From Octopus vulgaris (taxonomy: Eukaryota): a DNA stretch of 64,000 nucleotides. The translations under genes and the position numbers were made by a program. Within the stretch, counting starts at the first letter, position 1, and the number at the start of each line of letters is the position of its first letter. This document shows positions 50,735 through 63,157 of the stretch, piece after piece. A model generated the notes under the pieces. The model was not told where the DNA came from and ran no database searches. It worked only from the letters and a program-made list of their open reading frames with translations. The stretch covers positions 60,822,001-60,886,000 of the forward strand of contig OX597827.1 in assembly GCA_951406725.2 (NCBI GenBank), given 5' to 3'.

Positions 50735-52850
50735 CAATATAAGCAACATACCAAATTTCAAATAAATATAAGATTGGTTGGCAGGGCAAAACATAAAGTA
50801 TATTTTTCAGAAATTCAAAATTTTTCAAGTTATAGACGCAGGAGTGGCTGTGTGGTAAGTAGCTTGCTTACCAACCACATGGTTCCGAGTTCAGTCCCAT
50901 TGCATGGCATCTTGGGCAAGTGTCTTCTACTATAGCCTCGGGCCAACCAAAGCCTTGTGAGTGGATTTGGTAGATGGAAACTTAAAGAGGCCTGTCCTAT
51001 ATATGTATATATGTGTGTGTGTGTGTGTTTGTCCCCCTAGCATTGCTTGACAACCGATGCTGGTGTGTTTATGTTCCTGTCACTTAGCGGTTCAACAAAA
51101 GAGACCAATAGAATAAGTACTGAGCTTGCAAAGAATAAGTCCTGGGCTCGATTTGCTCGACTAAAGGGCAGTGCTCCAGCATGGCCGCAGTCAAATGACT
51201 GAAACAACTATTAGAGTAAAAGAGTAAAGTTGGATTTTTAAATACAGTAAAAAATATAATAGAAATGATATTTTTTACGTAGGTCGATTTTAGACTATTT
51301 TTTAAAATAATCAAAAGATAGATAACACTTAGATATTGGTGTCTAGTTAGGGGGAAGTTTTGTAGCATATATATTATGAATTTTCTCCTTAAAGCAACTG
51401 AAAATTGTTTATTCTAAGAAATATAAAATGTCAAAAGGCAAATATTTAAGCATGTCTGAGTGTAACAATCTGAACTATTCTCCAGAAGTTTTAGACATAC
51501 TAAGTTCAAGATTTTAAAAATGGCGAAAATTTGGACATTTTTGATGGGTTTACATACAGAAGTTGTGTAGATTTATACATGAAAGAAAATGGAGTTTCTA
51601 CATTCTAAAAAGACCAAGTCTCTTCCTCACTCAACCATTGTCACTTTTTAAGCAAGCAAATTGATAATTCTCAACAAATTTGTAATTCTCTCACCCATAC
51701 CCATTACCTCCTTGTCCTGATGACGTTTCCTTTACGTAGGCTATGGCAAACTGCAGTTCGCAAGACTTTCTGAATGGCACACCTAATGAAAAGTTACTTT
51801 GATTTTTTTTTTCATAGAGCAACCCATGTTGCATGCATTCCGCTTCTTGAAAAAGGCTACTTTAGGTGGTTGTTCAGCCTACTTGAAGTACCAGTTAAAT
51901 CTCCATAAAATTAAATCCCACCATCTAAATCAAGGCTGGAGGTATGGGAGAATATATAATGTTGTGATAATATTGGAGGGAAATGAGGTGCAAAAAAATA
52001 ATCAGTAAAATACAGAGGAAGAAATTACGGCTGTCAACTGCAAAATATTAGCAAAAAAACGCCGAATATTTCATTATTAGCAATGGAAGCAGTATTAGTT
52101 CAAAATAACAATCTTTATATTTTACTCAACATGGATATACAATAGAAAGCCAGAAAACTGCAATATTTGTTTCAAGAAAGCATCTCATATGGATGAATAA
52201 TGCTAAAAACCACAAAAGTATATCAGTAGTAGGTGAAAAGCTTCCAGCAACGGTGATGGAATTGCTAAATCTAGATTTCTGTGTCTTTGCACAACATCAG
52301 TAGCAAATATCCACTAGTAACCACATGCTCAGGGAAATTTAGACTCTACTGATTTTGGAAAGAAAAAACATTGATTAACAAAACTAATGTCGCAAATAGC
52401 CAACAAGCTGGGTAAAAATTCGTTATTAGCGATGGATGCAGGATTAGTTCTTGAAGGGCCTACAAAGACCAAAGGGACTGTCCCTTTCTCTGTATTCATT
52501 AAGTAGCAAAAATGCATAATTTCAAATAAATTTGTTGCTGATATGTATTGAAAATAACTGATACACTTATTTCTATGGAAAAAAACATCCAGCCCCTATA
52601 TGTAGAGTTGCCTATTTTATTACTGTAATCATTCATGTAGGATATTTTCACTGTGATAAGATAATAAAGTAATGCTGTTAGTAGGAGAGATTAGGAAAGT
52701 AAAGGAGAAAGTAAAATAAAATTAGAATTAAATTAAAATAAAATTTTTAAAAAATAAGATAAAATGAAGTCCAAAGAGGTTTAATTTTCATAGGGATGTA
52801 TGTGTATGTATGTATACACACACACACACATATATATTTGTATATATATA

Positions 52851-53952
52851 CTAGTTGGTGTACCCGGTAATTCCCATGGGTAAAGATGTTCTATTGAAAC
52901 ACCTTATTTTTCTGATATAAGAAAGCAATTTCGTTATAACTGCCACAAAAGGTGTATTTTCCATCATGAAAAAATACAAAAAACTGTCAGCTGGAGGAGG
53001 GAGAGATTGTTGAAGGTTGGTGAGAGAGGTCTTCGGATGTTGGCGAGAAGCAAAGACCTTATTCTGCTTAGCGAAGGCATCTAGGTAATGTATAACTGCT
53101 GTCATTCACAAAAAAACTATTGTTTTATCATGAGAAGAGTGCTGTTGAAGTGTTAAGTGAAATTTGGCAATCGAGGATTGAATACATGCTATGCCTGCAT
53201 GAAGCCACTAAAAATAGGTTGTGGAATAAAAAAATTATCTACTATCATGGAAATGTGTAACTGTAAAAATGAAGAATTATTGGAGTAATGGGCATTCAAA
53301 AAAGTATGTATGTATAGAAATGTATGAATGAAGTCTTTAATGTTTAATATTCAAATTAAGGAAGTGCAATAATAATGTTTAGCAGTTCAAAACTGTGAGT
53401 GGTGAAATGCAGAATTAGGTCGGCTGATCATGAGAATCAAATATTGATCACTTTGCTAAAATCTGCAGGTGGTATGGATTATTTCCCTTGGGTTATTTAA
53501 ATAAAATATTAATAATATGTAGTAGATAGAAGGATCCATTGCAAGGACCCTATTATCGATTTTTTTCAACAATCTAAGTATGTCATGAGGTTTCCAGACA
53601 TAAATTCTACTCATGTGTCAAATAAAGTATAAAAGTGATATTGTCAGCAAAAATTAGAAATAGGACACATAAAAATCAATATTCAAAGTAATCGAACATA
53701 AACAATGAAATGGGTTATTTCCCTTGAGTGTTTAAAAAAATATTGTTCAGGTGCTACAGGTTATTTCCCTTGAATGTTTATATGAGGTAGATATAAAGGT
53801 CCCTTCCAGGAGCCGTATTGTCGATTTTTTCAACAAACTACGTATGTAACGAGGTTTCCAGACATGAATTCTATTCACATATCAAATTTCATCAAAATCA
53901 ATAAAATGATGTAGGAGTTAACTAACAATGCCATAAACACACACCGGTTTTC

Positions 53953-53960
<8 letters not shown>
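52851..53960 (-). mobile_element. Probable old Helitron-like element with internal direct repeats (53470-53620 / 53755-53885)
   Basis: CTAG end with CCCGG..TGGG hairpin at 52851-52880; AAATTTCATCAAAATC motif and (TA)n at the other end. Confidence 0.45.
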
Positions 53961-54005
<45 letters not shown>

Positions 54006-54130
54006 TCCCTATATATATATATAGGGATATGAAAGTTTACAACGTTCATGGATGTAAGAGATTAAGGATAGATAAAAGATTTATGGATATGGATGTGGAT
54101 ATAAAGGTAGATAGGTAGATAAATAAGTAA

Positions 54131-54355
54131 GGGATCTTTTCTGTTTGGCTGCACCTCTGGAAATTTTTTAATTTGGTGTACGTGGTCAAAGTTTGCAAAT
54201 TTTAAAAGCTATTACCTCTTTATTTGTTGATTTACAGTGAAAATGAATTTCATGTCAATGATTACTATACAAAACTACAGCAATACACCAATTATGAAAT
54301 CACCTGAAAGAAAAATTCAAGAAATTGAAATGTGGCAGCCAAACAGAAGAGATCC
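54131..54355. mobile_element. PIF/Harbinger-type MITE; related element about 39666-40028
   Basis: TAA-GGGATCTTTTCTGTTTGGCTGC .. GCAGCCAAACAGAAGAGATCC-TAA. Confidence 0.7.
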
Positions 54356-55989
54356 TAAATAGATACACAGAAGGGCAGGCTGATAGATAGAATGATAGAT
54401 AGATTTTTGCTTCATAGTCAACTTTACTGCTTACTTGTTATATACAGTAATGTTTTCTGCTAGAGTTAAGGTACTTTAACAATGTTTTGTAACTTACTGC
54501 TTGATTGGTTTAAATATTGCACTCTTTAATACACTGAAAACATTTTTCCTGAGTATACATTACTAAAATTAGGGTGCATCGAATATTCCTGTGCGTCTTT
54601 TAGCTATCAAATACAATAATAATTTCATTATAATCAATTCCATTTATCAATTTCAATTGTTTCTATTATCTCCCCTTCATTTTCGGACCCCCAGCTACCA
54701 AACTCCAATATAACAACAGTACAAGACAATACACTCCCAGATACTCCTAAACATGCAAGATTGTCATAGCTGGAATGCTTTTGGTCATGCTTTTTTCGCT
54801 CAATTAATTTTGACCTTGGGTCAAACAACAACTATTAACTATAATGAAAATTGTTCAAAAGATCGTAATTTGAAACAACAAAATAGCGATCTCAGATAGT
54901 GTTACCTTTGAAAGAGATAATGATGGAGTTTAATATCTCATAATTCCTATAATTAACAGGGTGTGTTGTTCCCACTATAATGTCTGAAACAAGTCTACAG
55001 AACTTTTTACTACCATATATAGATAGACATATATCCCGAGCGAGACATTAAACTGTATTTTGTGTTAGGCTTCAGCTAGGGAGTTCCGAAGATTATGAAG
55101 AATATAAAGTTACCGCTTAGTTCCCACTACTCCCAGGTCTGCAAGGCCCGGGATGTTAGTGTCTGTCAAGGGCTCCAGTTATGGGTCAAATAACAGAAGA
55201 TGGTTCTGTGGTTAAGGCATTAAAGTATCAGAGCGGGGTTGGTCCTTAAACATGTACTACACAGGCTACACGAGTGTGAGGATATGCCCTGCTTTTGTGT
55301 GAAACAATCACCCTGCCTAAGAGTTAAATAGAGTATCTGAAGGGTAAGCTTAGAAGAGCAAGACACTAACAGAGTTAAAGGTGGACTGATCAATGTTGAG
55401 TAGACATCTCTTACATTGAATACTAATGGAAGAAGGAGGAGGAGTGGCTGGGGTAGGGGAGAAGGATGAGGAGGTTGGAGAGGAGAGAGGAGGAAGAAGA
55501 AGAAGGGAAGGAGGAGGAGAAAGAAGAAGAAGAAGAGGAGGAGGAGGAGGAGGAAGAAGGATAAGAAAGAAGAAGAAGAAGAAGGTCGACTTTGCCATTC
55601 ATCCTTTTGGGGTCGATTAAATAAGTACCAGTTACGCACTGGGGTCTATATAATCGACTTAATCCGTTTGTCTGTCCTTGTTTGTCCTCTCTGTGCTTAG
55701 CCCCTTGTGTGTAGTAAAGAAATAGGTATTTCGTCTGCCGCTACGTTCTGAGTTCGAATTCCGCCGAGCTCGACTTTGGTTTTCATCCTTTCGGAGGGCG
55801 ATTAAATAAGTACCAGTTACGCACTGGAGTCGATATACTCAACTTAATCCGTTTGTCTGTCCTTGTTTGTCCCCTCTGTGTGTAGCCCCTTGTGGGCAGT
55901 AAAGAAATAAGGTAGGAAAGGTGGGTGTATAAGCCTTGCAATCCTGCTCAGAAACTTCCATTTTTCTAGTAAATATTACCTAGGTTTCC

Positions 55990-56750
55990 TACATCTGTCA
56001 GTTTGAGCCGAGACAATGTGCAAAAGGTCATCCAGATCATACTTAGAGTTTCCACTAGGGTTAATGTGAATTGTCCACAATTTTTGGTAATTGGCTATAG
56101 AGACTACAAATATATGATATTCATACATCAACATAGACAAATTCGTAAACAGGGTGTACTGGAAACCGAATGCATCTTCCTGAAATGGGAAGATATCAGG
56201 GAACAGCCAAGCGAATTCGTGAAGCGAGAACAGATGGGTGCGATTATTAATAAGTGATGTGTCTCACTAAGAAAGAAAATTAGAACAGAATCTGACAGTT
56301 TTAGCAAATATTTGAAACAGAGAAAGGCGCTAGTCAACTTATAAGATGTAGCAAACAGAAAAGTCATCGCTTACGATGTGCTTGCGGTTAGAGTGTCTCT
56401 TGACCACGTCCTCTAAATAAAACACGGAGAATGCATTGTTCGTGTTAGGACACATATTCTGAAGTATAAAGGATCAAAAACTTTCGATAGACGGGAACAG
56501 AGGGAAGAGGGCAGTGTGCCAACAAAGTGATATTTCAATCTTTGGTGGAGTGCAGTGGGACATGTGATATTTAATTTCTCAGCGGGACCTTGCCGAAATG
56601 GTCTCGAGGAGTAACTCACTTCGGATAGTAGACTTCGATGGCTACCTCCATAGTCAGCGGTGAATCACATGCAATGATGCGGGATGCTGTGAAAATCCCG
56701 ATTTCAGTAATGAAGGAGCAAACAGTTAGAGAGTTCTGTCCTCCAAAGTT
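55990..56750 (+). mobile_element. Tx1/L1-like ORF2 relic (post-endonuclease region)
   Basis: YWKPNASF-like motif at about 56157 followed by a degenerate helical region with stops and frameshifts. Confidence 0.45.
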
Positions 56751-57585
56751 TCTGGTTACGTACTGCATTTGTTTGCTAATGTCTTAATAGCTGTCTATAG
56801 TAACTGACAGCAGGCTGGGACCATTCCAAATCAGGGAGTAGGGGTGTGTGGAGGAAGGATATGAACAAAGAGGAAAAAAATACACAGCTTCAACAACTTT
56901 TTCAAGAACCACTTGAAGAGAAAAAAAGGTTACCATATTCTACCATCAACCTAAGGCTTCAGTAGAAGACACTTGTTCAGTGAAATGCGAATGGGATTTG
57001 ACCCGAAACCACATGGATGAGATGAGAATATCTTAAATACTCACTCATACTTACACCTTGAGAGCAAGTTTCCTGGAAAATGGAAACAGATGCCGTGTTC
57101 GAACGTCACTGTGTAGCTATCGATTTATCTCGACTGCTATTCTATTTAATTAAAAATCCGGATTTAGAGTTATCTCCCTTGCGTCCTCATAGATACTCTA
57201 GATTTACCTCCCTTGCTAGAACACCGTTATTCGTCTGATATCTCTACCAATGGAACTAAACACAGCACTGCAGGCCAACAAAGATTTCGTCTATTGCAGT
57301 GAATTATGCAATAGGTTGGCCCATTGATACTGAAGTACGTTGATGTCGTATAAGACACAGTAAAAAGGAATAGCTTCAATTTGTTGGTACTTCAGTTGAT
57401 TCGTGGGTGTCCTATCAACTATTCTAATGCAATTAAACGTAGTCTCGTGCTGGTAAAGAGGATATGTAACTGGTCAAAATGCTTGGCACCATTTAATTAT
57501 GTCCCTTTACATTCTGAGTTCAAATCCCGTCGTGACCTTTTGCCTGTCTCTAAAGTGTTCATAAAATAAATATTAGTCAGGTACT

Positions 57586-58063
57586 CGTCATCATTTAACG
57601 CCCGTTATCCCTGCTGGTATGGGTTGGCGGTTTGACCAAGGATGGCAAGCTGGAAGGTTGCATCAGACTCCAGTCTGATTTGGCATGGTTTCTATGGCTG
57701 GATGCTCTTTCTAACGCCAACCACTCCAAGAGTGTAATGGATTCTTTTAGGTGCCACTAGCACAGGTGCCATTTGCATGACACCAGTATCTGATACGACT
57801 ACGATCTTATTTGGCATGATGGGTCTTCTTCACAAGTATGGCATAATGCTGAAGATCTCGGCCATTTGCCATTGCTTCCATGAGGCCCAACAACACTTAA
57901 AGGGTGCTTTTCACATGCCACTGGCATTGGCCACCTTGCCTCCATGAGGCCCAAGGCTTGAAAGGTGCTTTTTATGTGTCACTGGCACAGGTGCCAGTTA
58001 CGTGACACCAGCATCAAACATGACTACGATTTCACTTGGCTTGAAGGGTCTTCTCAAGCACAG
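57586..58063 (-). mobile_element. RTE LINE 3' end, inverted relative to 60465-60903
   Basis: Reverse-complement similarity to the 3' UTR of the adjacent LINE, with (CAT)n tail at 57586. Confidence 0.85.
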
Positions 58064-60903
58064 AATGATCGGGATGAGAGAACGGTTGGTGAGAGCTATA
58101 CAAGACATGTACAGGGATGCTATCAGTAAGGTGAGGATTGGCAACAAGAACAGGGAAGAATTCAGCATACAAATGGGGTTCAACAAAGATCAGTCCTCAG
58201 CCTCCTTTTCTTCATAGTCCTCCAGGCACTAACAGAGGAATTTAAGACAGGTTGTTCTTGGGAGCTCCTCTATGCTGATGACCTTGCCCTTATAGTTGAA
58301 TCATTACCAGAATTACAGAAGGAGTTCCAGGTATGGAAGAAAGGTCTTGAATCAAAGGGCTTTAGAGTTAACTTAGCAAAAACCAAAGTCTTAGCAAGTA
58401 GGATGGCAGACAAATCACAAATCCCCTCAGGCAGATAGCCCTGCTCAGTCTGTAGAAAAGGTATAGGTAGAAATGCCATAAGACGCTCCCTGTGTAAGCT
58501 TTGAACACATCAAAGGTGCAGCAATATCAGAGGAAGGTTAACAGGGAAAATATCAGGTTATCCCATAAGTTCTGTCCAATTTTGCCTTTTTTTAAATTGA
58601 ATGAAATTTTATAGTATCTTAGAATGTCTAATGGAATTAAAAATTAGTTTTATGTATTTGTGTACATTTAAACTAATTAAATACTGTTTTACAGAATAAT
58701 AGAATTAAAATTTCTTTGATTAAAACCCTTTCTAACATGGAAGTATCCAAAGAGAAACACTGCAGCCAAAGTGACCCGAAACATACTCTCAGTTTATGGG
58801 AAAGAATGCTTGAATGGAAGAGCTTGCAGATGGTTTGCAAAATTCAGAAGTGGATATTTCAGCCTTGAAGATGAAGATTGAACAGGACGTCCAGTTGAGT
58901 TTGATGATAAGCTTCTTGAGGCATTACTTGAAGAAAATCCTTGAGGCATTACTTGAAGAAAATGCATTATCAGTTGAAGAATTAGCAATAAAGCTTAGTT
59001 CAAACCATACAACTGTTCATCGTCATCTTCAACAACTTGGAAAGGTTCCTAGACTTGGAAAATGGTTGCCTCATGAATTGTCCGAAAGCAACTGCAAATC
59101 CTGGGTTGACATCTGCTCTTCTCTCCATTCTCGTGAACTCATTTCACCCTTTTTGGATAGACTTATGACTGGTGATGAAAAATGGATCTTCTATCGAAAT
59201 ATTAAACATTGTAAACAGTGGCTTGGTAAAAGGAAAAAAGCTCAACCACAACTGAGAAGGGAACTTCATGGAAAAAAAGGTTCTTCTCTCTATCTGGTGG
59301 GATTGTAAAGGAGTAATTCACTTTGAATTGTTACCACCTAATGCAACAATCAATGCTCAAGTCTACTGTCAGCAATTAGAGCACTTGAACCAAGCTTTGA
59401 AGAAAAAGATGCCGGCTTTAGTGAATCGAAAAGGAGTGATGTTTCATGAGGACAATGTGCAACCCCACACTGCTAAGATCACATCACAGAAGATCGAAGA
59501 GCTTGCTTGGGAAAAAATTCCTCATCCACCTTATTCTCCCGACCATGCTCTTTCAGACTACTATTTGTTTCGTAGTTTACAGAATCATTTGGGGGACATA
59601 ACTTTCGCAAGCCAGGAGGAGGTCGAAACTGACATTTCAGAGTTCTTTGCTTTGAAACCAAAAGAGTTTTACATTGATGAGATTAAAAAGCTCATAAATA
59701 GATGGAAGGAAGTCATATATAATCAGGGAAAGTACATTGATGATTAAATTTCAATTAGATATAACATTTGATTATTTGTTTTCTTTATTCAAAATTCGGA
59801 CAGAATTTATGGATGACCTGATAGCTTTTGCATGTGGTAGATGCACAGGTACAATAAACACTGAAAATGTACAGAAAATAGCCTCCATCAACTGCCAGTG
59901 GAGTAAGCTAGAAATAGTAAATAGCTTCCATTATCTAGATGACCAAATTAGTAGTGGAGATAGATGCTCCAAGAGTGTAGCTGTGAGAATAAAAATAGGC
60001 TGGGCAAAGTTCAGAGAGCTCCTAACTCTGCTGGCAACAAAGGGCCTCTCCCTCAGAGTGAAAGGCAGATTGTATGGTGCCTGTGTGCGAACAACTATAC
60101 TACATGGCAGTGAAACATGGACTGTGATATCCAATGACATGTGTAGGCTTGAGAGAAAGGAAGCCAGAATGTTTTACTGGATGTGCAATGTCAGTGTGCA
60201 TGTTTGACAGAGTGTAAGCATCTTGAGAGAAAAATTAGGCATAAGAGGCATCAGATGTGATGTGCAAGAGAGACAACTGCACTGGTGTGGTCATGTGATG
60301 CCTGTGGACGATGAAAGCTATGTAAAGAAGTGGCGATCTCTAACTGTGGAGGAAACATGTAGTAGAGGTAGGCTCAAGAAGACATGGGACAAGGTGGTGA
60401 AGCATGATCTTCAAACTTTGAGCCTCACAGTGGCAATGAGTAGTGACTGAGACCTTTGGTGATATGCTGTGCATGAGAAGACCCTCCAAGCCAAGTCGAA
60501 TCATAGTTGTGGCTGGTGCTGGTGTCACATAACTGGCACCTGTACCAGTGGCACATAAAAAGCACCTTTCAAGCATTGGGCCTCACGGTGGCAAAGTAGC
60601 TGAGCTCCTTTCATATGGTGGGCCCCACAGAGGCAATGACCAAGACCTTTGGCCTTATGTTATACTTGAGAAGATCCATCAAGCCAAGCAAAATCACAAT
60701 TGTGGCAGATATCTTTCCCACACAAATAGCACTTGTGCCAGTGGCACATGAAAGAACCCATTACACTCTCGGAGTAGTTTGGCATTAGGAAGGGCATCCA
60801 GCTATAGAAACCATGCCAAATCAGACTGGAGTGGGATAAGCTAGCCTCAGTCAAATCATCCAACACATGCTAGCATTGACAATGGACATTAAATGATGAT
60901 GAT
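58064..60903 (+). mobile_element. RTE-clade LINE relic (RT C-half to (GAT)n tail), interrupted by the mariner
   Basis: WELLYADDL, RVNLAKTK, FHYLDD, GWAKFREL, LHGSETW and LHWCGHV motifs with in-frame stops. 3' UTR shared with many short copies, ending ATGATGAT. Confidence 0.9.
58553..59821 (+). mobile_element. Full-length but frameshifted mariner (DD34D) transposon, 1269 bp
   Basis: TIRs TCAGGTTATCCCATAAGTTCTGTCC and GGACAGAATTTATGGATGACCTGA; TA duplication at 58551-52 and 59822-23. Motifs WLPHEL, GDEKW, HEDNVQPH and YSPDHALSDY, with 34 residues between the second and third Asp. Transposase split over several frames. Confidence 0.95.
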
Positions 60904-60968
60904 AATATGTGTGTGTATATATATATATATACACATACATATACATACATATACATATATATATATAC

Positions 60969-61043
<75 letters not shown>

Positions 61044-61099
61044 AATATATATATATATGTGTGTATATATAGATATAAATATAGATATATCTTCAGGTC

Positions 61100-61750
61100 A
61101 TTTTCAAAAAAATTATCGGCTACATTAATATTTCTTGCAGTTGTTCACTCAAGCATGTAGACATTTGACTTTTGTTACAGGAATGATAATGGATTTAATG
61201 CTAGAATGAACAGAATTACATTCCCTTTAAATATTCCCTTTGAAATATCTATAACATTAAAGATGATCATTCTACTCCCAGTTGTGATTTTGAGAATTGT
61301 TGCCCAGGTCTTTGTGAGCCTTTCAATGGTAGTAACTAAGGTAACATGTACTTGGGGATACAGTTGAATGCTTTCCTCTAATGAAGTCCTACTGTCACAA
61401 GGCTTCTACAGAGTTTTCTTACTTCAAACAGTGGGACTTTGTTTATCAAAAGTTGCACAGCACATCCCTACACTCATTTCTTCCCATCTGCCTGATCATT
61501 AGTCACTATGTTGTTGGACTCACAATGATCCTGGAGGACTTAGTCGAAGCAGCTTGTATACAGTTTGTACATGTTTAATCAGGCAATGGGCTTATAGTTT
61601 TCTACCAACTTAGTGATTTTGATCATAACCATAAGATTCATCTCTGTTATAGCAAGCCAATTGAGCATATCAATCTGAGCTGTAGTCTTTTTGAATATGC
61701 ATAGCTAGTTTGCTGCAAAATATCAGCCTTATGTATCAATATCCAACAAT
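61100..61750 (-). mobile_element. R4/Dong-clade RT relic
   Basis: Reverse strand: ENYKPIA, MYKLYTSC, GCAVQLLINK, RKAFNCIP, KGIFKG and LFILALNPLSFL, with stops. Confidence 0.7.
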
Positions 61751-61950
61751 TAAGTTTCTTTCAAGTGCTTTCCTGTAATGCAGTTTGTCTTTAGACGTAG
61801 TGTAAGTTTTTAGGTCATCCTCTAAAGTAACTAAGAAGTAAGTTGTCTTTTTATATATGTACTATTTTGTCTTTTTAGTTGTGGTTGAGGTGGGAGTCAA
61901 AATAGTGCAATATGACCCAAATTCTAGCTATGCCATTGCATATACTTGGT

Positions 61951-61991
<41 letters not shown>

Positions 61992-62119
61992 TATTTATGC
62001 TAGAGTTCAGTGAGTAATTAGGTTTGTTGATTGAATAACAGAGCACTGCTCCTTCATAATCGTCAGGAGACTCTATCAAGTAGGATATAAACAAAACAGC
62101 ACAATATATTTACTAAAAC

Positions 62120-62600
62120 TTACTATTTGGTAACCAGATATATTTGCTCATTTTCTTCTTTTTTCTCCCGTTTATTATAATCCTTACTTTTCGTCAACAA
62201 TTTCAGCAAATCAGTCAATAGTTTATTCTCTTTCTTTGTTCACAACTTCTAGCAGATGTTCAACAAGACCATCTGTTGATCCTGTTCCTTAATGGATTGA
62301 CACAAATCCTCAAGGACAGGCTGGTTAAACCAATTCTCATTAAACTAAACAGGTCAGCCAGAATGCAGGAAAACTGTGATGTCAAATTCCCCTTCTTGAA
62401 ATGAGAAAACCATTTCTATGCAGTCATTTTCACAGCCATCCCTTCTCTGCACACAGATCACATTTCTCAAATGGTTTTGGCAGTTTTGGAATCTTTGTTA
62501 AAAGCAAAGAAAAGTCAGCATTGAAAATGCTCACTTTTTCAACTTGGCACTCAATTGTTATATGTCTGAAAAAGTGGTAAAATTTATTCAAAGTTAAAAA
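62120..62600 (-). mobile_element. Decayed, internally deleted mariner
   Basis: Reverse strand gives ECQVEK.., WFSHFKKG and HSG*PV*FNE (N-terminal HTH region) joined to a GIN.LVE..EVVN-like C-terminus. Confidence 0.6.
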
Positions 62601-63005
62601 ATAATAGACAGAAGTTGTAGAGGAAAAATAGAGCTACAAAGCACCATTTAACACAAGGATAAAAGTATTTTTTGTACTAATTCATTTATTCTTTTATTTG
62701 TTTCCGTCATTTGACTGCAGACTTGCCGAAACACCACCTGTGTTAATGTGTGTACAACTGCCACCCATTTGGTTTACAGCAAGGCCTATATGAACTGGTA
62801 CCCAGATCCAACATAATGTCTAAAAGGTTAATAATATATAGGTGCAGGCATAGCTGTGTGGTAAGAAGCTTGCTTCCTTACCACATGGTTCTGGATTCAG
62901 TCCCACTATACAGCACTTTGGGCAAGTGTCTTCTACTATAGCCTCAGGTCAACCAAAGCCGTTTTTGAGTGGATTTGCTATAGACAGAAACTGAAAGAAA
63001 CCTGC

Positions 63006-63157
<152 letters not shown>

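Noticed and set aside
57250-57327. Start of a plus-strand gene (MELNTALQANKDFVYCSELCNR)
   Set aside because: Only 25 codons, weak donor, no recognisable homology and no downstream exon found in the window.
58814-59747. SETMAR-like or domesticated transposase gene
   Set aside because: TIRs and TSD are intact, there are several frameshifts and no SET domain; it is a dead mariner.
62186-62565. Exon of a second minus-strand gene (TTTTCAG..GTAAGG boundaries)
   Set aside because: Reads as frameshifted mariner motifs with stops; no clean open frame found.
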